NCBI GenBank assembly: GCA_965287045.1
Contig: CBDIYR020000010.1
Coordinates: 1,550,001-1,614,000, forward strand
Reading direction: 5' to 3'
DNA: 64,000 nt
Source: Carcharhinus amblyrhynchos
Taxonomy: Eukaryota
The translations under genes were made by a program, and so were the position numbers. Below, in pieces: positions 26,308-38,010 of the stretch (positions are counted from its first letter, which is position 1; each line of letters begins with the position of its first letter). Below the pieces are notes generated by a model. The model was not told the origin of the DNA and searched no databases. It worked only from the letters and a program-made list of their open reading frames with translations.

Positions 26308-26760
26308 AAAGAACAAAGAACAAAGAACAGAAACAGCCCCGGGAAACAGGCCCTTCGGCCCAACGAGCCCGGGCCGCCATTTTAACATTACCAATCCCCC
26401 CTCCACCCATGACCCTTATCTATGCTTCTGGCATTCCACATTGAGGGAAACTAATTTAGGGGCAATTTATTACCACCAATCAACCTAATAGCACATCTTT
26501 GCAGAGTGGGAGGAAACCGGAGCATCCCGAGAAAACACACGCAAGCATAGGGAGAATGCACAAACTCCCACAGGCAATGGTCCAAATCCATGCGTCTGCA
26601 GAGCAAACAGTGATAGTCACTGAGCTGTCGTGTTGCCCAGCATCTGGTCCAGTTTAAGCACACACTAACGACATGAAGTACTAGGCTATTCTCGAACATC
26701 CAAGAGCGGCCCCAGTACGACCCATCGCGTGTTTTCCCCTCATTGAACAACAAGGTGGCC
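26308..26760 (-). mobile_element. Composite 5S-like/tRNA/V SINE
   Basis: Reverse complement of the 12479 element. Absent from the B2/B3 paralogous intron. Confidence 0.8.
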
Positions 26761-26901
26761 CGACTTAAAAGGTGTGAATACTCAATTTTAAAATATGGAA
26801 AATTTCATCTTGTGCCATTGGAATAAGTAATGGTTTTGAACTGTGTTTAACAGGATATTATATACAGAGAGATGAACTTTGAAAATGGCCCAGCTACTCA
26901 C

Positions 26902-26932
26902 CTTTCATTCCCGGCTCCCTCCGCTCGCTCTC
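26902..26932 (-). CDS. Gene B1 exon 5, cytoplasmic mini-exon (GERAEGAGNE)
   Basis: TCTTGTTTCAG acceptor, AG|GTGAGT donor; 31 nt, identical in all three B copies. Confidence 0.8.
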
Positions 26933-27026
26933 CTGAAACAAGACACTGTGATCAGTAATTTAAACCTTCGAGGGGAGTCACATTGGATGAACAGTAATGA
27001 TATTCCTACTGAACATTATTCCTCAC

Positions 27027-27128
27027 CTGATCTCCCTCTCTTCCAAATACAAATGGAAAGAACGCCAAAGACGAGGATCAAGAACACCAGGATCATTCTG
27101 AGAATGACAAGTTCCGGATGGCACAATA
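27027..27128 (-). CDS. Gene B1 exon 4, stalk Cys plus TM with Arg (VLCHPELVILRMILVFLILVFGVLSICIWKRGRS)
   Basis: TTTTCTCTCTATAG acceptor, 102 nt phase 1-1, donor G|GTGAGG. Hydrophobic helix followed by KRGR. Confidence 0.9.
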
Positions 27129-27299
27129 CTATAGAGAGAAAACTATTAGAAATTGCTGCTGGGTCAAATAAATCTTACCGCGTTGCTGGGACGGGAAGCT
27201 GAACGCAGACACTCTAACCATTGCCTCTCGACATTGTGTTATATCCATAACTGAATCACCATTGGCATTTTTTTTTTCAGATTATCATTGATCAAAACT

Positions 27300-27770
27300 C
27301 GACTAGAATCCCCACTTAAACAGAATGGCTCCAAAAGCAGGTCAGAGCCTGGGAATCCTGTGGAGAATAACTCACCTCCTGACTCCCCAAAGCCTGTTTA
27401 CCATCTATAAAGCACAAGTCAGAACTGTGATGGATTACACCCCCCACAATTTGCCTGGTTGGGTGCAACTCCAACAACGCTAAAGAAGCTTGACATCATC
27501 AAGGGCCAGGCAGCCCGCTCGATTGGCAACACATTCATTCCCTCCACCAGCCCGCGCTCAGAATCAGCAGTGTGTGTGCACTCACTGTAGCAACTCATCA
27601 AAGATCCTTAGACAGCATCTTTTAAACCTTTTCCATCCAGAAGGACAAGGGCAACGGATACATAGAAACACCACCAGCTGCATTTTCTTCTCCAAGTCAT
27701 TCAACATCCCGAATTGGAAACATATCTGATTCTGTCGCAGTTGCTGGGTCAAAATCCTAGAATTCCATCC
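27300..27770 (+). mobile_element. Old LINE (CR1/L2-group) 3' fragment, shared by all three B genes
   Basis: AGQSLGILWRITHLLTP-SLF-IYKAQVR-VMDY resembles the RT C-terminus. Paralogs at 49420-49940 and 59330-60190. Confidence 0.65.
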
Positions 27771-28004
27771 CTAAATAATCGAAAATGCAATTTGTTTGCT
27801 GTTTTTGATCTTGATCCTCATGCGATTGGGTTTCAGGAATTACGAATTTAAAATAAAACAGATCCCAAACGGAAACTACCGATTCTGTAGTGCGATTGTG
27901 GAAAATTGAACGAATGCCTCAGGGGAAAAAAAAACAGATTTAGAAAACAGGGTTAATGCTTGTTCGTTTGTTGATTGCAAAGTTGGTTTGAATCAATAGC
28001 TAAT

Positions 28005-28694
28005 TGTTGGTAGGCAAGTTGATGGAGAGGATTCTTCGGGAAAGGATGTGTGAGCATTTAGAGCGTTGCGATCTGATTAGGGATCCGCAGCCTGGCTTTG
28101 ATAAGGGGAAGTCTTGCCGTACGAATCTGGTAGAATTTTTTGAGGACGTGACAAAAACGGTCGACGAAGGACGAGCCGTTGATGTCGTCTATATGGATTT
28201 CTGTAAGGTGTTTGACAAATTCCCTCAGAGTAGGTTGGTTGAAAAAGTCCGCCTTGTTGTCCAACAAGGGGAATATGCGCGATGGGTCGTACGAGGGCTG
28301 CTCTTGGTTGTTTCGAGAATAGCCAAGTACTTCATGTCGTTAGTGTACGCTTAAACTGGACCAGATGCTGGGCAACACGACAGCTCAGTGACTATCACTG
28401 TTTACTGTGCAGATACATGGATTTGGGCCGGTGTCTGTGGGAGTTTGCGCATTCTCCCCGTGCTTGCGTGGGTTTTCTCCGGGTGCTCCGGTTTCCTCCC
28501 ACGCTGCAAACATGTGCTGTTAGGCTGATTGGTGGAACAAATTGTCCCTAAATTAGTTTTCCCTCAATGTGGAATGCAATAAGCACAGATAAGGACCATG
28601 GGTGGATCGGGGAATCATAATGTTAAGATGGCGGCGCGGGCTCGTTGGGCCGAAGGACTGTTTCCGGCGCTGTGTTGTTCTTTGTACTTTGTTC
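28005..28694 (+). mobile_element. CR1 RT fragment (28005-28246) abutting a composite SINE (28247-28694)
   Basis: VGKLMERILR...DVVYMDFCKVFD followed directly by the GTCCGCC head. Both parts absent in B2/B3. Confidence 0.82.
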
Positions 28695-29209
28695 AAAGCG
28701 CATCCACTGTCTCAAAAAGGCAGAAATTCAATAAAAGAAAATCTTTCATCCGGGAAAACAGACTCTGCCTTGAAGGGGAGAAGTGACAGGATTCCGGGCG
28801 GTACAGTGCTTACCCCTGCTGCCTCACATTGCCAGAGAACATGGTTTGATTCCCGGCTTGGATCACTGTCTGTGCAGAGTCGGCGCGTTCTCCCAGATCG
28901 GTGGTCGCCTCCTCCAGGCGTCCCAGTTTCCTCCAATTCTCAGAAGCCGAGCTGGTTGGCGGAATTGGACATGCTGAGTTCTTCTTCAGTGCGCTCCAAG
29001 AGGCGTAGGAGTGTGGCGAATAGGAGATTTTCACAGCAATTTCATTGCAGCGTTAATGTAAGTATATTTGTGACACTAATAAGTAATGCAGGTAAAATTG
29101 GAGATCTCTCCTGTGTACCTAACAGACGTCAGTTTCTGAATAGTTGGAACATTAACGCAACTGATTACAAGTTGATTTCAAACCATCAGTGCGGAGATTA
29201 ACAACTCAC

Positions 29210-29539
29210 CTGTCCCAGTTTCTGCTGCATTGGGGAAGGACACACTTTCTGTCCAATATTTGCCTCGAATCCCCATTTGTACAATGCAAGTACCGACACC
29301 GCCACTTGTCCAGACTTGCCCCGACACCATGACACGACTTCTGATGCTGTAGGTCCCGTCCTCCTCCATTATCCCGGGATCACTCGATCCCTCAGTGAGC
29401 AGGCCAGAAATATTCCAGAAAATAGCAATCTGGTTGGAAGAAACTCCACTGACCAAACACACTAAGGGCACATGATCATTCACATCCGGCTTACCCAGCG
29501 GGACTAATACCTGCACAGCCGTCTTGTTGGTGGAAGTGT
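29210..29539 (-). CDS. Gene B1 exon 3, C1-set domain
   Basis: Motifs LVCLVSG-----I-I-W, DGTYSIRS-V-V, W-SG--GTC-V. CCAG acceptor and G|GTGAGT donor; 330 nt. Confidence 0.93.
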
Positions 29540-29632
29540 CTGGACAGATATTGGGACACAATTAACAATTAATTTACACAAAAAAAAATAAAGCTGTGCC
29601 ATACTCAGAATGAATTTCACTTGCTCTCTTAC

Positions 29633-29962
29633 CGCCAACCAAGAGTGTGGTTCCTTTCTGGAACAGTGCAGTCCGAGGATATACACAGTAGTAGGAACCA
29701 GAGTCACGCGTCTGGACATTGCGAATTTTCAGAATCAACACATTCCCTGTATTAGCTTTTTCACAACTAAGAGTACAGTTCGTCCCAGTACAGGATGTCG
29801 TGTCTAATAGTATGGGGGCTTCACCCAGCCGCTGTTTGTACCAAGCATAGTTGGACACCAAATCCACTTCTTGAGTGTCATGACAGGGTAATCCCACCGT
29901 TTGGTCCACTTCAGCTGTCATTGTGAAGGGGATCTGAGACAGAGAGGACTCGGATTCTGTAA
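29633..29962 (-). CDS. Gene B1 exon 2, joined V-J-like Ig domain with extra Cys
   Basis: CTAG acceptor. Motifs LPC, WYKQ-LGEAP, L-I-NVQ--DSGSYYC, then degenerate J strand FQKGTTLLVG. Donor G|GTAAGA; 330 nt, phase 1-1. Confidence 0.93.
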
Positions 29963-30523
29963 CTAGAGAGATTATTGTGACATAAACACTGACTATTGAA
30001 ATATCTGAAGTCGACTCTCAACATCAAATCGCCTCGAATTGTGATTTATTTTATTAATGCCAGAAGTGCATTAACACTGGAATGAAGTTACGGCGAAACT
30101 CCCCTCTTCTCCACACTGAGACATCTGTTCGGATACACTGAGGGAGAATTTTTAGCACCTCCAATGCACCAATTGGCGCCACTTTTGGATTGTGGGAGCA
30201 AACTGGAGCGATGGGAGGAAACCCACGCAAACGGGGAGAGGACATGGAGACTCCACACAGACAGTGACCCGAACCACGTATCGAACCCGGTTCTCTGGCG
30301 CCGTGAGGCAGCAGTGCTATCCACTGCACAATCTCATTATTCTCTGTAATCATTGTTTGTTATACTTATCTTCTTCGCCTCATGCTTGCAACCAATAAAT
30401 GAACTTATATGATCAGTTGAAATGCCTTCACCTGAACACTGGCTGACACTTCCGGCTGAGAAGAAACTCATTCTGGTTTATAAAATTGATTCTGATTAAA
30501 ATTCCCACCCGCCTCTTACTCAC

Positions 30524-30578
30524 AGTGAAACCTCAGGATTTGGAAAATGAGTATCAGAGATAGAGATTCTTCGGCCAT
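30524..30578 (-). CDS. Gene B1 exon 1, signal peptide (MAEESLSLILIFQILRFH)
   Basis: AAGATGG Kozak context, hydrophobic core, phase-1 donor GTGAGT. Conserved in B3. Confidence 0.85.
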
Positions 30579-31200
30579 CTTGATAGAAATTTCCTTGTGT
30601 TGTGTCTCACGGGCTCGCTTCTATCGACACTGTGGACACAATGACGTGGTCTGCCTCCCATTCAGTTGGGCCTTTACAGATTCAACGGAAACAATGACGA
30701 CCTCTGCCGGGGAGATGATGTCACCATTGTAGGGCAGTCTCGGGGCGAACACAATATTCGTTTGACCATCGTTTGTGAGCCACAGCAGAGCAGCCGACTC
30801 TAAAATTCAAATCCACTCGAATTAAAGTGTATTTTATTAATGACAGAAGTAGGCTTACATTAACACTGCAATGAAGTTACGGCGAAAATCCCCAACTCTC
30901 CACACCGCGATGCCTGATTGGATACACTGAGGGAGAATTGTTAGCACCTCCAATACACCAACGAACACCTTTTTTGGACTGTGGGAGCAAACTGGAGTGA
31001 TGGGAGGAAACCCACGCAGACAGGGAGAGGACATTCAGACTCCACACAGACAGTGACCCAAACCAGGTATCGAACCCGGTTCTCTGGTGCTGTGAGGCAG
31101 CAGTGCTATCCATTGCACAAATTGGTAGAGACAATAATTAACTTTTCTCCATTGTAGTTCAGAGTCTGCTCTTGGATAGATGCAGGCTGAAGGATGGGTT

Positions 31201-31756
31201 AGAACATAGAACATAGAACATTACAGCGCAGAACAGGCCCTTCGGCCCACGATGTTGCGCCGACCAGTTACAAAAACAATGACCCACTAGCCTATACCAA
31301 TCCCTTTTCGTCCATAAACCTATCCAGAGATCTCTTAAACGCCCCCAAACTAGACGCATCTACAACTGCAGCAGGCAGGGCATTCCAATCCCTCACCACC
31401 CGCTGGGTAAAGAACCTACCCCTGACATCCGTCCTGTAGCTACCCCCCCTTAATTTAAAGTCATGCCCCCTCGTGCTAGCTTTCTCCATCCGAGGAAAAA
31501 GGCTATCACTATCCACCCTATCTAAACCTCTAATCATCTTATATGTTTCAATAAGATCCCCTCTTAGCCGCCTTCTTCCCAACGAAAACAACCCTAGATC
31601 CCTCAGTCTCTCCTCATAGGACCTCCCCACCATACCAGGCAACATCCTAGTAAACCTCCTCTGCACCCTCTCCAACGCCTCCACATCCTTCTTGTAATGC
31701 GGGGACCAGAACTGCACACAGTACTCCAAGTGCGGCCGCACTAGAGTAGTGTACAT
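31201..31756 (-). mobile_element. Young CR1 LINE 3' end
   Basis: Open 154-aa RT C-terminus with (AGAACAT)n tail. Empty site at ~63930. Confidence 0.93.
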
Positions 31757-33691
31757 AACTTTTTTAAGTTTAAATATCTACATTTTTAATCATTTGTGGG
31801 ACATGCGCGTGCTGGCTGGCCGACATTAACTGCCCATGACTTATGGAGGGCATTTCAGATTCATTGAGACTTTAGAACCAAGTTACTGTGGCTCTAAAGT
31901 CGCATGTTGGCCACACCGGGTAAAGATGGCAGATTTCCATCCCGAAAGGACTTGAGTGAACCAGATCGGTTCATTCCCGACAGAGAACAATGGTTTCATG
32001 TTCGTCAGTAGATGCTTAATTATAGGTTTTTGTGTTGAAGTCAAATTTAAATCAACACCCGTGTCAGGATTCTAACCGTGCCCCCAGAGCATTAACTGTG
32101 CTTCTAGATTAATAGTCTAGCGAAAATATCAGGAGGCCATCGCCTCCCCATAACAGAAAACTGTTACTGAGTAGTTGCTACTGGTCCAATTTTCAGGACA
32201 TCTATTCTGTTACCCCTCAGCCTTGTGTTCTTGAATAAAAAGAGACCCAGCCTGTTATTCCTTTCCTGTTACTGATGATAGTCCCGTCCTGCTATCCTTC
32301 TAAGAAACTGCGCTAATTCCAGCGTCTGAATTTCCTCTTTGTACGATGGAGGGGCGCAAATGAAGACAGTTAGTCCAAATTTGAAATAAAGTCTTCTGTA
32401 CAAAAGAGAACTTATGGGTGTTACAGATTTATGCCCCCTGCAGTTGGGTTTTGTTTTTTTCCCAGTGAATTGCTCAAGCAACTTCATCAAAATGGTGGCG
32501 CGAGTCGTTGGGCCAAAGGACCTGTTTCCCGTGCTGTGTTGTTCTTGTTTCTTAAAAGGAGTCGGGAAACAAAACTAAGGAGCATAGCTCGAAGCTGAGA
32601 GGGGAACTTATAAAAGGGTGTATAGGGGTTAACTGCCTCATACAGAGCGCGGTGCCCATCTGGAATGAGCTGCCAGAGGAGGTGGCAGAGGTGAGTACAA
32701 TTACATCATTTGAAAGAAATTTGAACAGGCGCATGGATGGAAAAGGTTTATAGGAATATGGGCCAAACGCAGGAAAATGGGATCATTTCCGTTTTGGAAA
32801 CTTAGTCGGCATGGACGAATTGGTTCTGTTTCCGTGCGGTTTCTCTCTCTCAAATTATACACTAGCCTGTTCTCTGTTTGATCTAATACACCCCAGACTG
32901 GACACACTCATCAATCTGCATTCTAACACTGAGTCCAAGCGTTTGGCCACTGCAGGCAGTTCTGTGCCTAAAGCCCTACAACTATTAAAGCAGGAAATGC
33001 ACGGACAGCTTCTGCTCGAACGTCAGGCGGTGAAATGGTCGGAATCTTGGTCAGCGATCTCCTCCCCTCAGGGCGTTTTGCACAGCACCGAATGGGCTGT
33101 GAGTAAGGGTGTTCTGACCCTCACAGCAAACAGCTGCGGTCTCAGGCAATGAGCCTCTTTGCTGCCGAGCCCCGGCTCTCTGCGGCTGCCTCCACCAACT
33201 CAAGCATTTCCGCAAAATAGTTCAGGCCCTCAGTGAGGCTCAGCACTCACTGCTCATTTCAGAACCCATTTTGTCAGGAATCCTTTCTACCAGGCTCTTC
33301 ACATTCAGACGAATGTAGCTCATTAATGTTGGGAATAATCCCTTCACCAGGGCCTCTCTGGGATCGCACTGTGTAATGTCTACACAAACGCACGGTAACA
33401 AATCAGGAATATTGTTATCTGTTTGAAATATATGGAAGTAGTTGAGGGGATTTGAAAGCTGGACAACCTGTGTTTGCCCTCCCGGCCACGGCCCCAGGCT
33501 GACTGTCTTACTGCATTTTCCATTTCTGCCTCACAGTTTCAGGGACCTGGGGTTGTTTCCGGGCTCAGGTCACTGTCTGGGTGGAGTTTGCACTGTCTAC
33601 CCGTGCCTGTGTGGGTTTCCTCCGGGTGCTCCAGTTTCCTCCCACAGTCCGATAGACATGCTGGATAGGTGGACTGGCCTATTGTTCCAGT

Positions 33692-34095
33692 AAGACATCT
33701 CACAACACCAGGTTAGAGTCCAACCAGTTTATTTGATAGTAATAACACAAGCTTTCGGAAACGGTGTTCCTTCGTCAGGTGTGTGGAAGGTTCTGATCAG
33801 AAAAGGGCATATAAAGACACAGGCAGTTTACAGAATACTGATTAGAATGCAAGTCTTCACAGCTAACCTGCTGTTCAAGTCTTAAAGATGCAGACAATGT
33901 GAGTGGGGATAGCATTAGCACAGGTTAAAGAGATGTGTATTGTCTCCAGACGGGACAGTAAGTGAGATTTTACAAGCCCAGGCAAGTCAGGGGGTTACAG
34001 ATCTCCATCTATCAAATAAACTGGTTGGACTTTAACCTGGTGGTGTGAGACTTCTTACTGTGTTTACCCCAGTCCAGTGCCGGCATCTCTACATC
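33692..34095. mobile_element. Penelope-like terminal-repeat remnant with inverted ends
   Basis: 33692-33739 is inverted at 34008-34058. Related to the 4535 element; contains a hammerhead motif. Confidence 0.75.
33745..33784 (-). ncRNA. Minimal type-I hammerhead ribozyme motif
   Basis: Minus strand reads ACAC-CTGACGA-AGGAACACCGTTTCC-GAAA-GCTT-GTGT: stem I, core, stem II, GAAA and a palindromic stem III. Confidence 0.65.
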
Positions 34096-36169
34096 TTGAT
34101 TATTGTCCCAGAACAGGCACCAGAGTGTGCAGACGAAGGTTTTTTTTTCACACAAATGTCATTATTCAATAATGCATAAATAACTCGCTCTTGTCACGCA
34201 GCTTTTGTCCCGAACCATCCTCCACACACTGGCGCCTGTTTCGGTACACGGAAGGAAACTTTAGCATGGTCAATGCCCCGAACCAGCATGCTTTTCATAC
34301 TGTGGGAGGAAAGCGAAACACCCAGAGGAAATCCAGGTGGAGAAACGGCGAGCATGAGACTCCACATAGACAGTCACCTAAGGCTGGAATTGAACTTCAG
34401 GCCCTGGCTCTGTGAGACAGCAGTGCTAACCCACTATGAACGGCATGTTTTGCCTGGATGGTACGTGGGGAGCAATACTTTATGATCGGTATGTTGTGCC
34501 TGTGTAGCGCACAAGAAGCAATACTTTTCAATGTATCCCGATACATATGCCAATAATAAATCGGATCATGTCAAATGATGCACATCCCCGTAAGTTTCTG
34601 AATGAATGAATTTGTTTCTGACAGACAGGGGAATTAAGGGTTATGGGGAGAAAGCGGGAAAGTGGAACTGATCCACTTCAGATCAGCCATGATCCTATTG
34701 AATAGCGGGGCAGGTTCGAAGGGCCAGATGGCCTAATCCTGCTCCTATTTCTTTTGTTCTTATGATTAGGAGAGTTAAGTTAACTCGTCCTACACCCTCC
34801 AGGAAGACGAATATCACTCTTAACAGATTTCTGTAGAAGTAGTTTGCAATATCCGTTAGGTATGATTTTACGGCCAAATCAGCTATTTTTAATTGTGAAT
34901 TATTGTATGGGTTCGGGAGATAGAGGTTATAGATTATATTGGAATTTATTTATCCAGTAGTGATCAGGCCAACGATTTCCAGTTCAGAGTTTTATTGTTG
35001 CTGAAATTAAAGGTGGTTTGGAAATATATTCCATTATGTCAGTAAACAGAAAACATTTCACATGTGACTGACATGCTCATCTGAGGAGCCGATTGTGTTT
35101 CCAAACGATTACATTCAAGAGTAAAATGTTTCCACGCACAGCCAATGTAACCTGTCAGTAGTTTTGACAACACTGTGCCTTTAAAATTGTGTTTTTGGTC
35201 ATGTTATTTAGTCGGGTTTTCAAGCAGCTCCTAACATTGTGTTGGCCCTGCTTTTCTCACAGAGACTGGCGTCCTCTAGTTGTGACTGAAGCAATATCAT
35301 CGCCATGTGGTCCATTTTTAATCTGGAATAATGCAGAATCTTCAAGTGATATGATCCTTTTGGAACTACCGGGTGGAGCATGATCGACAAGTCAGCTGAT
35401 GCCTGGGGACTTTTCCTTCTTTCACAGAAAAGAACAAAGGATGAAGAACATAGAACAACACAGCACAGGAAACAGGCCCTTCGGCCCAACAAGCAGACAC
35501 CACGATTTTAACACTATGAGTGTCCTCTTCTACGTACGACTTTGTCTCCACTTATTGGACTCCACAATAAAGGAATTATAACCAGATTGGGGGGTGCCTA
35601 ATTTAGGGACAATTTAGGGACAATTTGTCCAAGTTTTGAGTTTTGTTGTTTAGCAGTCGTCTGACGTGGGGAGCATCTGCAGCGCATTTGCCCTTGCTCT
35701 GGAGTAGGAAACAATGCTGTGTGTGAGTTACTGTCAGAAGCTGATGGCGGCTGGCATGTCCCAGTCCATTTCTCTCTCCAGAGGCTTTTTGGAAATTTCC
35801 GGGACTCGGAAGCCTCAGCGATTTAATCCAAAAGTATCAATTCACGACAGGTGTTAATAAGCTGAAAACTCAGCACTATTTGAATATGATAACCTTTTGT
35901 GCTAAGCTTAGGAAGCTGCGCATGTTTGGGGTATGTTGTTTGGATTGGAACTTCATAGAGAGCTGGCTGGTAAAGTCTATTCTACGTCGTGTTCGAACCA
36001 TGTCATTGGGAAATGTTATGCTAATTCTTTTGATTTAAACTGAACTGTATTCTTAAATAAACCTGGTTTGATAAAACCTTCCATGTTGGTTATTTGAATC
36101 ATACCCAGTATGAACCACCTTCTGCTCAACTGTGCCAAATTCAAATGTAAGAACATAGGATTTAGTTTC

Positions 36170-36920
36170 CAGAATTGTCATCACTATTCGCCACATGTTC
36201 TCCCACCGAAATTTTGATGACCTGACGGGGCTCATTCCCCATTTCTCGGTCCAGTGTACCCCCTCTCTCGTCGGGCTATCAACATATTGATCCAAAGAAC
36301 CTTCCTGGGCACATTTTACAAATTCCTCCCCGTCCGGATCCCCAGCCCTCAGGGATTTCCAGTCTGTATGAGGGAAATTAATCTACCACGACAACCGCCC
36401 TATTTTTTCTACACCTATGCAGAATCCTCTTAAATCTCCGTTCCACAACTTTCTGTGGGCTGTTGGGAGGTCTGTAGTATAACCCCAGCAAAGTGACTGC
36501 ACCCTTCCTGTTTCTGAGCTCTACCCAAAATGTTTTGCTACATTATCTTACCAAATTGTCCACCCTCTGTCCCGCTGCAATATACTCTCTGACCAGTATT
36601 GTTATTCCCCCACCTCTTCCAGCCCCTCCTCTATCTCGCCTAAAACACTTATACCCCGGAATATTCAGCTGCCAGTCCTGTCCTTCTTTTAACCAAGTCT
36701 CTGTCACTGCAACCACATCCAGGTTCCGCTCCTGTATTAAAGCTTTAAGTTCATCTGCCTTGCCTATTCGCTCCTTGCATTTAAGCAGATGTACTCCAGA
36801 CCTCCAGGCCCACTCAGTTCATCCTCCCCGAGACTGCTTTTCCTCTTAGGTAGACTTGTCTTGGCCTTATTCCCACCCCCCGGTCTCTGCACTTGCTGAC
36901 ATGTTCTGATTCCCACCCCT
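36170..36920 (-). mobile_element. CR1 LINE endonuclease-region fragment
   Basis: Minus strand contains DQYVDSPTREG and degenerate APE-domain sequence. Confidence 0.7.
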
Positions 36921-37674
36921 GGAGAATTCTTTACAGTTCTGGTGTCCTTATCTGAGGAACGGTGTCCTTCCTACAGAGGGAGCAAAACGAAGGTTAACCA
37001 GGCTGATTCCTGGGATGTCAGATCTGTCGTACGAGGAGAGATTAAGTCAGATAGGATTATGTTCAATGGAAATGAGAAGAGTGAGAGGGAACGTCGTAGA
37101 AACGTACAAAATTCTAACAGTATTAGACGGTGCAGATTCGTAAACAATGTTCCCGATGGCGGGGGAATACAGAGCAGGAGTCAACGTTTGAGGAAAGGGA
37201 GTAAATGTTATTGGACTGAGGTGGGGAGAAATACATTGGTAAATTTCATTTAGTGTGTTGATATGTGTAGGGGAGTTAGTGGGTAAGTACAATCAGTTAC
37301 AGACTAAGCCCTGGATAAGATGCTTTGCCGGAGAATCAGCTCTGACTCGATGGGACTAATTGGCCTCTTCATCCTCTGCAGGATTGTATGAATGCATGTA
37401 GCAGCTTGGCACATCCCCAACAGTGTTAATATTCTGGGGAAATCACACAGATGAGGACCGATAAAGTTCAGAATAATTCCAAACAGCGCCCCTGACGGAT
37501 ATTTGGAAGAGTTCCCCTGAAGAATAGTTGTTCTGGAGAGAGAACAACTTCAGAAAGAAGATAAAGGTCATGAATTATTCGACCAAAAAATCTGTGTGCT
37601 GTCCTGTGCAAAATTCATGACTGATCTCAACTCTATTTTGGAAATCAGCCAGACATTTTCACAGTTGGATAGTC

Positions 37675-38010
37675 AGTGACGTCATATGTTTCCACAAAAT
37701 GTTCAGCGTCTGACAAAGGCCTGTATCAGGGATAGAGACGTGAAGAATCCTCGCTCATGAGAATTTCCCTTCTCTTTCCATTCTGAAGATGACTACCTTT
37801 GATTTAAATAAATGATTTGTCGTCATGAATCAATGACCAACACCCCTTCCAGCATGAAGAGCTGGCCAGTGTTTGACAAGGAAAGGGAAAAGAGGAAAAG
37901 GAAAGGTGGCAGGCAATATTTCACTTCGGGATGACTGCAGAAGAGGGAAAAGCATGGGTAGAGTTCGAGCGGCACCCTGTGGTCAGGGCGAGAAATTACA
38001 TCAACCACAG
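37675..38010. promoter_or_regulatory. Candidate enhancer between divergently oriented B1 and A2
   Basis: AGTGACGTCA (37675-37684), kB-like GGGAAATTCT on the minus strand (37760-37769), RUNX TGTGGT (37978) and AACCACA (38003), all within a repeat-free island. Confidence 0.3.

Noticed and set aside
26879-27202. 107-aa plus-strand ORF repeated at 49006 and 58918
   Set aside because: Starts at TTG and is antisense to the B TM and exon 5; conservation is explained by recent duplication.
37484-37498. CTCF-like motifs (also ~39632-39647)
   Set aside because: Imperfect matches expected by chance in 64 kb.
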